Positions 1 through 9,235 of a DNA stretch of 64,000 nucleotides are shown here, piece by piece (position 1 is the stretch's first letter; each line of letters starts with the position of its first letter). The notes beneath the pieces were generated by a model. It was not told where the DNA came from and did not search any database. It was given only the letters and a program-made list of their open reading frames with translations. Source of the DNA: a virus. The position numbers were made by a program, and so were the translations under genes. The DNA lies in the IMG/VR virus record IMGVR_UViG_3300042549_007551, positions 1 through 64,000 of that record; one strand, 5' to 3'.

Positions 1-326
1 ATGACCCGACGAAAATTGGCGTCAAGCAAGAAGCCATTGGCACGATTCCTTTGGATCGCGCTAATCTTCCTGTTGGAAGTGTCTTCGTTTACGAAGCCGC
101 ACCTACTTCTGAAAAGAAGTAGGTCGCCTTTTTTTAAGGTCATAGACCTTAGAAACCCATTATAAACACTGTTAAGTGTATGTGTTAAATGCACAAAAAA
201 CAGGATGTTCCTGTTCGGTTTTCGTACTTTCCATATAAAAAAGTACATTATGAACTAACAGGGTAACTCCCTTAACAGTTCACCAATAGGGTAATGACCT
301 ACCATTATGCTTACCTAGGAGGGTAT

Positions 327-590
327 ATGCAACAATTATCAATACTATCTGTCTATCACGTTCCATCACTAGAAAAACTTTATATTAAAGTTGTTAATGT
401 AGATGGTCCAAGATATGTTTTAACGTTTACAATGCATAAAGAAAACGCATCCATATTCAATCAAGATCAAGTCAAAGATTTACTCGAAGACTTTAGATCC
501 CACAATCAAGACCAAGCATATTTCGCAGATGAATCTATTCATACCGAAATGAAACAAGGTCTGATTGAAGTACATAACGAATCATTATGA
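327..590 (+). CDS. Hypothetical early protein (87 aa)
   Basis: ORF track 294..590. The ATG at 327 follows AGGAGG, so it is the preferred start. Confidence 0.75.
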   Translation: MQQLSILSVYHVPSLEKLYIKVVNVDGPRYVLTFTMHKENASIFNQDQVKDLLEDFRSHNQDQAYFADESIHTEMKQGLIEVHNESL

Positions 591-766
591 CCTTCGAAGA
601 ATTCTGTAAACAAGCTGAAGCATCTCCCTTTACTTGGGAGATCTTCGGCGAAATGAATGAACTTCTACACGAAGGATATTCAGAACAACAAGCTTATACC
701 CAAGCGTTAGCTTACGGGTATGACTTGGAACAAGAAGCATTACGCTTTGAAAAAAGTCTACGATAA
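587..766 (+). CDS. Small acidic hypothetical protein (59 aa, MTFEEFCKQAEASPFTWEIF...)
   Basis: Read manually. ATGA overlap with the previous stop; below the ORF-track size cut-off. Confidence 0.65.
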   Translation: MTFEEFCKQAEASPFTWEIFGEMNELLHEGYSEQQAYTQALAYGYDLEQEALRFEKSLR

Positions 767-826
767 CATAGCAACTACACAGAATTTACACACCTGTGTA
801 GTTTGCGTTTAATGAAAGGAATAATT

Positions 827-997
827 ATGGAACACACAGTGTTACTTTCTCACAATGCTATGATTCGTATAGCTCAAATTCAACATGAACTTTCTGCTAT
901 CGAAGAAGGTTATATTGATATGCTTAATGGTAATGAAACTATTACAGATAGACTTCTTATTTTAAGTTATGAATTATTAGAAATACTTAGTAAATGA
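827..997 (+). CDS. Small hypothetical protein (56 aa)
   Basis: ORF track 803..997. ATG at 827 follows GAAAGGA. Confidence 0.65.
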   Translation: MEHTVLLSHNAMIRIAQIQHELSAIEEGYIDMLNGNETITDRLLILSYELLEILSK

Positions 998-1010
998 AAG
1001 GAACTTTTAA

Positions 1011-1187
1011 ATGAAAAAGTTACAGACTAAATACGCACAGCGTAGAGAACCAGACTATGTCTTGTTTGAAGTACTACAAACATTGTTAACTGCAAGATCT
1101 AAAATTAGATCTAAAGATGTCAAACGATACGAAGATAAGCTTCAACTTATCATCGATCAGCTATATGCTGAACTGAAAGGAATGTAA
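1011..1187 (+). CDS. Small hypothetical protein (58 aa, MKKLQTKYAQRREPDY...)
   Basis: Read manually. GAAAGGA RBS upstream; fills the gap before dprA. Confidence 0.65.
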   Translation: MKKLQTKYAQRREPDYVLFEVLQTLLTARSKIRSKDVKRYEDKLQLIIDQLYAELKGM

Positions 1188-1190
1188 GTT

Positions 1191-1967
1191 ATGTTAAAAG
1201 GAAGAGACATCATTGTATACCTTGCAATAAAGTATCAAGGTGACTGGAACGCTATCTACCAAGCAATTAAAAACAAAGAGCTTGTAGATGAACCAACAGT
1301 CCATGAAACATTAGCTAAAGAAGAATCAAAGATTGTTACAATCATTGATGAAGATTACCCTGAACGCCTAAAAAGAATATACAAACCACCGTTTGTTTTA
1401 TTCTATTATGGTAAACTTGACACATTAAACTACCGTAAATCATTAGGAATTTATGCAGAAAAACTTACAGAATATAGCTTATCAACAAGCCAAAATATTA
1501 TTGGTCAAGTCAATGCAGATTCCACCTTAATCATGATTAATAACGATGGTAGTCCATTGTTTAATCGTTCTTTTGATAACAATGTAACCATACTACATTC
1601 AAGTATTAGAGCATTACAATCAGGAGAAAAACTTGTTATGGGTGAATACCCATCCAATACTGGAGGTGCAGCTGACCTAAAAAACTGGGCAGCTCGTTTA
1701 ATCGTTGGTCTATCTGATGTAGTATTTCTACCAGAAACCAAAACTAAAGTTGCTAAAATTACTGCTGGGTACTCAGCCTACTTAAATAAACAAGTAGCAA
1801 TCGTACCTCAACAAGCTAATTCTAAAAACATTAGCAACCAATTAATACAAGACAATATAGCTAAAGTCGTATTACATGGCAAAGATATCTTAGCTATGTA
1901 TAACGATGTCAAAGATTCATCAGCACCACCTAACCCTGAACATCTTAAAGAGTCAGGTATAAACTAA
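1191..1967 (+). CDS. dprA: DprA/Smf-like DNA-processing protein, divergent
   Basis: N-terminus YLAIKYQGDWNAIYQAIK..TIIDEDYPERLKRIYKPPFVLFYYG is typical of DprA. Degenerate GEYP, ARLIVGLS and SNQLIQ correspond to the SEYP, RNRIIAGLS and GxNxLI motifs. Confidence 0.8.
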   Translation: MLKGRDIIVYLAIKYQGDWNAIYQAIKNKELVDEPTVHETLAKEESKIVTIIDEDYPERLKRIYKPPFVLFYYGKLDTLNYRKSLGIYAEKLTEYSLSTSQNIIGQVNADSTLIMINNDGSPLFNRSFDNNVTILHSSIRALQSGEKLVMGEYPSNTGGAADLKNWAARLIVGLSDVVFLPETKTKVAKITAGYSAYLNKQVAIVPQQANSKNISNQLIQDNIAKVVLHGKDILAMYNDVKDSSAPPNPEHLKESGIN

Positions 1968-2071
1968 ACATATTGTGGTTGTGCATAAGCACCACGTAAA
2001 AGACTTAACGTACCCTTTCCCCCTAGAAATAACGGTAAGTCTTTCCACACTTAAAAACAAAGGAGCCCAAC

Positions 2072-2308
2072 ATGGGTAGAAAACAAATAGATAAATGGTT
2101 TACAGTCGAAGGACGATTCGATATTACTTTGCGAGTTATGGCTAAAGATAAAGCTGAAGCTATCGCATGGGCCACTGAAAAATTCAATGGTAGTTTATTT
2201 CAAATCAGCACTGCTGAAATGTTACCACCTGCAGGTCCTCAACTTGTAACTATGTCTACTAAGAAAATTAAAAAGCCACGCCGTGACAAGCATACATCTT
2301 GGGTATAA
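2072..2308 (+). CDS. Hypothetical protein
   Basis: ORF with AAGGAG RBS. Confidence 0.7.
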   Translation: MGRKQIDKWFTVEGRFDITLRVMAKDKAEAIAWATEKFNGSLFQISTAEMLPPAGPQLVTMSTKKIKKPRRDKHTSWV

Positions 2309-2311
2309 TCT

Positions 2312-2764
2312 ATGGGCTTAGATCAAATACTTATCTCCAGTAAACGTGGTACCGTTATTGATTGGCGTAAAGCTAATCAAATCCATGGTTGGTTTGACCA
2401 CCAATTAGGTGGAGTTAAAAACATAACTAAGTATCCAGTTAAAGCAACGCAATTAGAATTTCTATTAGACGATTGTATAAGAGTCAAAGAACAACTAATT
2501 GCAGGCGGTACTAAACTAATCGAACAAGTCGTTGAACGTGGCATTAAAGATGGACAACCATTCGAGAAAAAAGAAATGATCCCATCATTTGTTAACGTTG
2601 CATTAGCACAAGAGTTGTTACCACCTACTCCAGGATTTTTCTTCGGAGGTTATGACTTCGATGAATGGTATCTTAAACAAATAGATGAAACAATTGAAAA
2701 GCTAATGCAAGTCTTATCAACAAAACAAAAAGGTGAACGCTTTTATTACGAAGCCTGGTGGTAA
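2312..2764 (+). CDS. Conserved phage hypothetical protein (MGLD...WRKxNxIHxWF...GFFFG...WW type)
   Basis: Motif pattern recurrent in uncharacterised phage proteins. Confidence 0.8.
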   Translation: MGLDQILISSKRGTVIDWRKANQIHGWFDHQLGGVKNITKYPVKATQLEFLLDDCIRVKEQLIAGGTKLIEQVVERGIKDGQPFEKKEMIPSFVNVALAQELLPPTPGFFFGGYDFDEWYLKQIDETIEKLMQVLSTKQKGERFYYEAWW

Positions 2765-2907
2765 TTAATCCTTACCCCATTTAGATATAACTAGATGGGG
2801 TATCTTCACACAGTACATTGGACTGTAGCATAGGATGAGACCTAGTCTCAATACCCTTCTAAGTCTAATCCCCCAATGATCCGGTGCAAGTCCGGTAGGA
2901 GAAACAT

Positions 2908-3069
2908 ATGGAAAAAATATTTCAATACAATTATTTAAAAAAGTTTTTACAAAAATATCGTTCAGCAAAACGTGCCGATCCAATGATGATTAAAGTCTTT
3001 GATAGTATTCTATCTGATATTGAAACAGACATTATAAGTGAAGACTTAAAAAGGAGAAACCTTAAATGA
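2908..3069 (+). CDS. Small hypothetical protein (53 aa, MEKIFQYNYLKK...)
   Basis: Read manually. AGGAG RBS; ATGA overlap with the next gene. Confidence 0.65.
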   Translation: MEKIFQYNYLKKFLQKYRSAKRADPMMIKVFDSILSDIETDIISEDLKRRNLK

Positions 3070-3281
3070 AACAAGATTACACTTACCTTATAGGTAAGCT
3101 TATTGTCATCGTCTACATGGACGGTGAACCACATTACAATGGACGACAAGGTGTTGTCAATCACGTTGATGACATGGGTCAACTTCATGGTACATGGGGT
3201 GGACTTGCTGTCAATCCACAAGTAGATAAGTATGTTATCTTACAACAACAAGAACAAGAAAGAGGACCAGCACATGACTAA
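3066..3281 (+). CDS. DUF4314-like protein
   Basis: GxVxHVDDMGQLHGTWGGLAVNPxVD pattern; AAGGAG RBS. Confidence 0.7.
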   Translation: MKQDYTYLIGKLIVIVYMDGEPHYNGRQGVVNHVDDMGQLHGTWGGLAVNPQVDKYVILQQQEQERGPAHD

Positions 3282-3426
3282 ATTAAACTTACAAAAACTA
3301 GTAGCATACTTAGTAGATGAACTAAGAAATCTTGGTATGGACCCCAAGGACTTAGCTTACATTCTTAGATTACATGGTATGTCTGATGAAGACATCTTGG
3401 AATATTATGGCATCACAAGTAATTAG
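3274..3426 (+). CDS. Small hypothetical protein (50 aa)
   Basis: ORF track 3232..3426. ATG at 3274 follows AGAGGA. Confidence 0.6.
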   Translation: MTKLNLQKLVAYLVDELRNLGMDPKDLAYILRLHGMSDEDILEYYGITSN

Positions 3427-3655
3427 TAAACGTATAGGTGAAGTCTATAACAAACTACACAAACTAATAGTTAATGATTTATTATCAATAGACTTTCACG
3501 ATGATGTTTTATACACACAGCAACTTAATAAGTTAGCTGAACTTATGAATGTATTAATATTATTATCCGAACGTTTTAGAAAAAAAGAAATGTTAAATAA
3601 CACTGCCGGTATGACAGTAGTTCAATTCCGATTAAAGAAAGGGAAAGTAAAATGA
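3407..3655 (+). CDS. Hypothetical protein
   Basis: ORF track 3374..3655, start uncertain. ATGA-coupled to the ATPase. Confidence 0.55.
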   Translation: MASQVISKRIGEVYNKLHKLIVNDLLSIDFHDDVLYTQQLNKLAELMNVLILLSERFRKKEMLNNTAGMTVVQFRLKKGKVK

Positions 3656-4551
3656 CAACATCAGAAATCGTACTACGTATGCGTGATGACCTTTCAAAAG
3701 GTCTAACCAAAGTTGTATCTAGCGATGGCTATCGATACTATACGGATACATTAACTCAACAAATTATTGTACCGATTACTACCCCAGATGAAACAGCCTT
3801 GCTCTATGAAAAGCTAATGATTAATACAATCAGTGCTAAACAAGATGCAAGCAAAGACTTATTCTCAACACTACCAAGAGCATCGATGTTCGTAGGTCAA
3901 CCAGATACTGGTAAGACATACCGAGCAGAAGAGATCGCTAAACAATGTGGTATTGAACCACTGTTTAAAATGTGTAGAGATAATCTTAACCTCGAAACTT
4001 TATTCGAAGACTTTAAATTAATCGACGGTAAACCTATGTTCGAAGAATCACTCGCCATTAAAATGATGAGCGATCCACAAAAGCGCAGATACATTATCAT
4101 CTTAGATGAATTCAATACCCTGTTAACAGGTGTAATGAAAACATTCCAACCAATCCTTGATGATACTTCAACCACGTTTGAGTATCGAGGTAAGGTCTAT
4201 CATAAAAATTTTAACTGCAAATTTATTGTTACCTTAAACGATAAAGATAAAGGTATCAGTATTGTTCCCGATGCAATCTTATCACGCGTTGAACTAACGT
4301 TCTTTGAACCAGTTCCAACAAGTACAATTGCTAAGTGGACAACTGTAAATGTTGAATGGATTAATAATCTATTTAATATCTATAAAGTGTTAGGTCTTAC
4401 TAACATCTTTGGTACACGCCAAGTAAAAATATTACATGGCAAACATATCGATCGTATTCGTAATCATCTATACGGCATTTGCAAAATGACAAAGACAGAT
4501 GATAAGCTACTCGACACATTGCAAGTACAACAACTTGTCAATAAATTATAG
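3652..4551 (+). CDS. MoxR/CbbQ-like AAA+ ATPase
   Basis: Walker A GQPDTGKT, Walker B IIILDEFN, sensor-1 IVTLN, arginine finger DAILSR; adjacent to a vWA gene. Confidence 0.85.
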   Translation: MTTSEIVLRMRDDLSKGLTKVVSSDGYRYYTDTLTQQIIVPITTPDETALLYEKLMINTISAKQDASKDLFSTLPRASMFVGQPDTGKTYRAEEIAKQCGIEPLFKMCRDNLNLETLFEDFKLIDGKPMFEESLAIKMMSDPQKRRYIIILDEFNTLLTGVMKTFQPILDDTSTTFEYRGKVYHKNFNCKFIVTLNDKDKGISIVPDAILSRVELTFFEPVPTSTIAKWTTVNVEWINNLFNIYKVLGLTNIFGTRQVKILHGKHIDRIRNHLYGICKMTKTDDKLLDTLQVQQLVNKL

Positions 4552-4563
4552 AAAGGAATAGTC

Positions 4564-4818
4564 ATGGACTTTGAATTATTTTATCCCATCACTCAAGAAG
4601 AATACGAAAGTATTCAACGCGACCAATGTAACGGTGTTATTAAATACACAATTACAAAGCCATTAGAACGATCAGATCTTAAAGATCTAAATAAAATCAT
4701 GGCTGTCTGTGGTGTCAACGATACCTCAAGACACATTGGATACATAGACTTGTGGGATGTATGGCAATCACAAAACAAGTTATACTTAAGACACAGAGTC
4801 CTTGACTCAACCGATTAA
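4564..4818 (+). CDS. Hypothetical protein
   Basis: ORF with GAAAGGA RBS between the ATPase and vWA genes. Confidence 0.7.
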   Translation: MDFELFYPITQEEYESIQRDQCNGVIKYTITKPLERSDLKDLNKIMAVCGVNDTSRHIGYIDLWDVWQSQNKLYLRHRVLDSTD

Positions 4819-4819
4819 C

Positions 4820-6424
4820 ATGGAAGAAAATAAAAAACCAGTTGATCCTATCAAGCAAGCATATGCAAATGTGCTTCAATTTATTACAAACAATTTTTAT
4901 ACAAGTGATGGTAAAGAAATCAAAGTCGTCATTAACAATGAAGACACAGATAATAAGTACGATGGTAATAAGATTGTCTTAAGTGAATCACTTATGGATG
5001 CTTACGGTACATTAAACTTACCAAGATTCCTAATTTATTACCATGAATTAGGACATCACTTATACTCCAAAGGTTTGTTTGTGATGTTAGAAACTTGGTC
5101 TAAAATAACAAGTGGTCCATTAAAATGGATCCAACACTATCATCATCTTATTAATTGGATTGAAGATTTTTATATCGAAAAGAAATTAAAGAAAGACCAT
5201 AGTTATCTTACCGATGTCATCGACTGTATTCGTAAACTAAAACCAGAGTATGACATTACACAGCTACCGTATGCATTTAATTATTATTATGTATACGAAG
5301 CCCCGACTCCTACCTTAACTTATGCTGATCAATTAATATTTAAAGGATACATTGATAAGCTCATGTCCTTTAGAGACACAAACAAAACCAGATTTGGTAT
5401 GGGTATACTAACAACACTTAGTATCAAACCAAGTAATGAAACACAATTTGCTACAACAATCATTGAGTTTTATAACTGGTGCATAAGTAAAAAGATATTT
5501 GATAACACAAATAATCCACCACCTCCACCACTTAAAAATCCTAATCAACATATCAATCCTTTAGATAACAAAGGTCAGATACAACAATTCTTAGATAAAC
5601 TTGATAAGCAAATAGGACCTGACAACCATTTAAATAATGGAGGAACAAGTACTGACCACACTAAAATTGTAGGTGAGTTTGATTTTTACAAAGAAGAATC
5701 TCATGTTAAACAACCTACTGATTTAATTAAAGGGGAACTTGTTCAAGAAAAAACTTTAGTTAATAAAGAACTATTAGATATGTCACAACGTATTCAAACA
5801 GACCATCATACATTAGATGGATTGTTTACAGCACAGTATAAAGATTCTATTACCATACAACCAAAGGTTAATGTACTTAACTTCTTTAATCCACATCGAT
5901 TAGCCGATCAGAATTTGTTCTTAGAAAAAGGACATACCTATATGAACGTTGCAATCTATCGCGACATATCTGGTAGTACCGAAGGTTTTATCCACGAAAT
6001 TATGAGTGATGTATGTGAACAACTGTACAAAGATATACCTGTCGACATCACTTATTATTTATATTCAAGTGGTGACGTCAGCATTATCCAAGTCCCTTAT
6101 ATTAAATGGTCTGATAGTAATAACACACCAAAACAATATGAAGAAGACCCACTCTATAAACAATTAGGTGGCGGTACAAACAGTGACGCGATTGCCGATG
6201 TCATTACCCAACAACTATCTGATAAATGGTTAAACATTATCGTAACCGATGGTGATCTAAACTCATTGATGGCTAGACAAAACATTCACGCTTTGCTAAA
6301 GAATGTATTCGTCGTCTCTGTATCCAGTGAACTAGATAACAATTTAAAAGGTATTTCTATCCGAAATAAAAACGATGTAACAAGTATTAATAGTATGTTG
6401 CAGTCAGTTAATTTGTCTGGTTAA
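4820..6424 (+). CDS. Metallopeptidase-like (HExxH) plus vWA domain protein, MoxR partner
   Basis: HELGH followed by WIEDFYIE; MIDAS DISGS, GGGTN and IVTDG. ORF track starts at TTG 4802; ATG 4820 preferred. Confidence 0.85.
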   Translation: MEENKKPVDPIKQAYANVLQFITNNFYTSDGKEIKVVINNEDTDNKYDGNKIVLSESLMDAYGTLNLPRFLIYYHELGHHLYSKGLFVMLETWSKITSGPLKWIQHYHHLINWIEDFYIEKKLKKDHSYLTDVIDCIRKLKPEYDITQLPYAFNYYYVYEAPTPTLTYADQLIFKGYIDKLMSFRDTNKTRFGMGILTTLSIKPSNETQFATTIIEFYNWCISKKIFDNTNNPPPPPLKNPNQHINPLDNKGQIQQFLDKLDKQIGPDNHLNNGGTSTDHTKIVGEFDFYKEESHVKQPTDLIKGELVQEKTLVNKELLDMSQRIQTDHHTLDGLFTAQYKDSITIQPKVNVLNFFNPHRLADQNLFLEKGHTYMNVAIYRDISGSTEGFIHEIMSDVCEQLYKDIPVDITYYLYSSGDVSIIQVPYIKWSDSNNTPKQYEEDPLYKQLGGGTNSDAIADVITQQLSDKWLNIIVTDGDLNSLMARQNIHALLKNVFVVSVSSELDNNLKGISIRNKNDVTSINSMLQSVNLSG

Positions 6425-6453
6425 CACCAGAGAAAAGGAGTATAATTATATAG

Positions 6454-7392
6454 ATGAATATCTATCAACTAGTCTTCGGTGTTGACTCTGGACAAGTCAA
6501 CTGTGCCTTTCATGATGACTCTACACCCAGTGCTGGTGTTGGTCATGAAGGGCAATACAACTGTTTAACTTGTGGAGCAAAAGCCCACAATGAAATTGGA
6601 TTTATATCTAAGTACTTTGGCGTAAGTCAAAGATATGCAGCGACAATCCAATCGTCTCTGATTAAAGCAGAAGAGTATAAGTATAACAAGAATCCCATTA
6701 GTGAAGAACAAAACAACTACCTTAAAGGCATAGGCCTAAGCGATGCAATCATAAAAGATAATTTCTTTATGGCATCCACAGGTAAGTTAATGTACGAACA
6801 CAAATGGAATGGTGTTAGGATAGGTACAACTTGGTTTAACAATCCAGGTTTATCTAATCACAATGCTACTGCTGCCAAGTACAAGTATGGTCCAGGTGTA
6901 TTCTCAGGAATGCTAACACCTTATGATGTTGTTCAAGCTAACAACACAATCATTATTTGTGAAGGCGAAAAAGATATGCTGACTGCGCGATCCCAAGGCA
7001 TCACCAATGCAGTCGCTAAACTAGGTGGTGCTAAGTCTTATATCATAGGAGGTAAAAATCTAGAGAACAAAAATGTTGTCTTGGTTTATGACTGTGATGA
7101 AGCAGGTAGAGCTGGTGCAAAACAAGATGCGCAAATACTTACGGAACGTTTTAAGTGCAAAGTTAAAGTCATTGACTTAGGTTTAGGCGACGCCGAAGAC
7201 CTCAATGATTTCTTTGTCAAACATAAAAAGACACCGCAAGATTTGTATAATCTATTTAAGACCACGCCTATTTACATAGCCGAGTTAGAAACGGCACAAT
7301 CTAAACTACATAAGCTTGTATCCAAACTCACACCCGATGAGATCGATCAGCTCGTAGTTATACTGAAAGAAAAACAAGGAGAAAAACAATGA
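6454..7392 (+). CDS. DNA primase (Zn finger plus TOPRIM)
   Basis: CAFHDDSTPS..CLTC zinc-binding domain; ICEGEKD and YDCDEAG TOPRIM motifs. Confidence 0.9.
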   Translation: MNIYQLVFGVDSGQVNCAFHDDSTPSAGVGHEGQYNCLTCGAKAHNEIGFISKYFGVSQRYAATIQSSLIKAEEYKYNKNPISEEQNNYLKGIGLSDAIIKDNFFMASTGKLMYEHKWNGVRIGTTWFNNPGLSNHNATAAKYKYGPGVFSGMLTPYDVVQANNTIIICEGEKDMLTARSQGITNAVAKLGGAKSYIIGGKNLENKNVVLVYDCDEAGRAGAKQDAQILTERFKCKVKVIDLGLGDAEDLNDFFVKHKKTPQDLYNLFKTTPIYIAELETAQSKLHKLVSKLTPDEIDQLVVILKEKQGEKQ

Positions 7393-7841
7393 ACAAACCT
7401 TCATTAAAAGACATTCTAATTAAGGACGCAAATACTGCCAAGACCCAAGGTGGTATTGTCAACGAAGTGTTAGCACCTGGAAGTTATGTTGCTAAAGTGT
7501 TAGGCTTCACCGAAGAAGAAGCTTATCAATTTGTCACTGTTGAAATCAACAAGAAGAAATTTAATTTCTTTTACAACTACTACTTACGTGGTACTCAAGA
7601 CTTAGATGGTACGTTAATCAACTGGATTAAAGCGTTAGCTACAATCCCAGTCAAAGATACTACGTCACTATTAGAAATTGCTAATAGCGCAATTGGTTCT
7701 AGCTTCAAAGTCACCATCTATAACTACGTGTCAAAGACTGGCAAGAACGCTGGCAAAACTCAACACGGTATTTCTTTCAAAGATAAACCAGTGTTAGAAA
7801 CCACAACGATTCAAACAGAACAAGTTGAATTACCATTCTAA
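7389..7841 (+). CDS. Putative single-stranded DNA-binding protein (DUF669-like)
   Basis: LAPGSYVAKV motif, C-terminal ELPF tail, located in the replication block with an AAA_24 ATPase. Confidence 0.6.
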   Translation: MNKPSLKDILIKDANTAKTQGGIVNEVLAPGSYVAKVLGFTEEEAYQFVTVEINKKKFNFFYNYYLRGTQDLDGTLINWIKALATIPVKDTTSLLEIANSAIGSSFKVTIYNYVSKTGKNAGKTQHGISFKDKPVLETTTIQTEQVELPF

Positions 7842-7850
7842 CTAATACAA

Positions 7851-7876
7851 AACCTTGCGGTGTATAGGTCAACCGC
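7851..7876 (+). promoter_or_regulatory. Repeated pseudoknot-forming leader motif, copy 1
   Basis: AACCTTGCGGTGTATAGGTCAACCGC; near-identical copy at 38478-38505 (-). Confidence 0.6.
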
Positions 7877-7900
7877 TTTCTTAAAGAAAGGAAAGACATT

Positions 7901-9223
7901 ATGAAACACGCCTATCTGTTATATACAGGGTATGGTAAAACTAAAATGTGTTTAGATAAAATAATGGCTGCTCCTACTAAACCAAGAACGTTACTTATAA
8001 GTACAAAGAACGTGATTGAATCTTCATGGATAGGCGAGATAGATAAATGGTACAAAGATAAAATATCTTACGGATATATTACAGGTAAACTTAAAGAAGA
8101 AGATCGTATACAAGTTGTTAATCAACAGTTCGATATCTTCGGAATGAATACCGAAATGATTGACTGGTACATCAGTCATACCACCGATGTTAAACGTAAG
8201 TCTTATGGCAAACAAGGTGTTAAATTACACTACGACGAACAACAATTGATTGATCGTTTCGATCTATTAATCATTGACGAAGTAAGTTTGTTTAAGAATT
8301 ATCGTTCACAACGGTTTAAACTTATTAAGAAGTGGGCACATCAAATCAAAAACGTTATGATTCTGTCTGCCACACCGACACCTAAAAACATAGAAGACAT
8401 ATGGGCACCCATCTATTTACTAGACGGTGGTCAACGCTTAGGGCATACCATCACAGAGTTTAGAACTAACTATGCTATACCTGTACCATTAATGAATGGG
8501 CAGAATCGTTATCAATATTCTATTGAAGCGACCAATCATATTCTAAACCTTATCAAAGATGTATCAACCAGTATACCTGAGCCAGACCAACCATTGTTTC
8601 CAGAACCTATTGTCAAGAAACTTATTATTAAACCAGACCCAGTCACTGAACAATTGCTAAAACAATTTAAACAAGACTTCATTATCAAACTTGATAACGG
8701 AAATAATCTTATTGCTTTTAGTAAGACGCAGTTGATTAATAAGATTAACCAGATAGCTAGTGGTAATGTGTATAACCAAGATCAAGTTGTTCATCTTAAT
8801 GAACTAAAGATCCGAGTATTAATGCAACGCATTAGTACAATTACTACACCCATATTAATTACATATACATATGTATTTGATAAAGAACAATTACTTAAGA
8901 TACCTGGCACACGATTGTTATCTAACAAAGAAGACTTCGAAGATTGGAATGCCAACAAAATAAAGATTGGTATCCTTAGTCCATTCAGTGCAGCACACGG
9001 ACTTAACTTACAGTACAGTGATTGCAAAGATATCTTCTGGTTCAGTCCAATATGGGACACAGAAAAATGGATACAAACAAATGCACGTATATGTAGACGT
9101 GGTCAAACAAGAGAAGTAACTGTCAATGTTTTATTACTTAAAGATAGTTATGACGAATACGCATTCGAATTGTGCCAAGAAAAATTCAAAGCACAGTATA
9201 GTAACTTAGTAAAACTAAGATGA
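7901..9223 (+). CDS. SNF2-family (SF2) helicase
   Basis: TGYGKT, IIDEVS, SATP, HGLNLQ and QTNARICRRGQ motifs. Confidence 0.9.
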   Translation: MKHAYLLYTGYGKTKMCLDKIMAAPTKPRTLLISTKNVIESSWIGEIDKWYKDKISYGYITGKLKEEDRIQVVNQQFDIFGMNTEMIDWYISHTTDVKRKSYGKQGVKLHYDEQQLIDRFDLLIIDEVSLFKNYRSQRFKLIKKWAHQIKNVMILSATPTPKNIEDIWAPIYLLDGGQRLGHTITEFRTNYAIPVPLMNGQNRYQYSIEATNHILNLIKDVSTSIPEPDQPLFPEPIVKKLIIKPDPVTEQLLKQFKQDFIIKLDNGNNLIAFSKTQLINKINQIASGNVYNQDQVVHLNELKIRVLMQRISTITTPILITYTYVFDKEQLLKIPGTRLLSNKEDFEDWNANKIKIGILSPFSAAHGLNLQYSDCKDIFWFSPIWDTEKWIQTNARICRRGQTREVTVNVLLLKDSYDEYAFELCQEKFKAQYSNLVKLR

Positions 9224-9235
9224 AAGGAGACCTGT

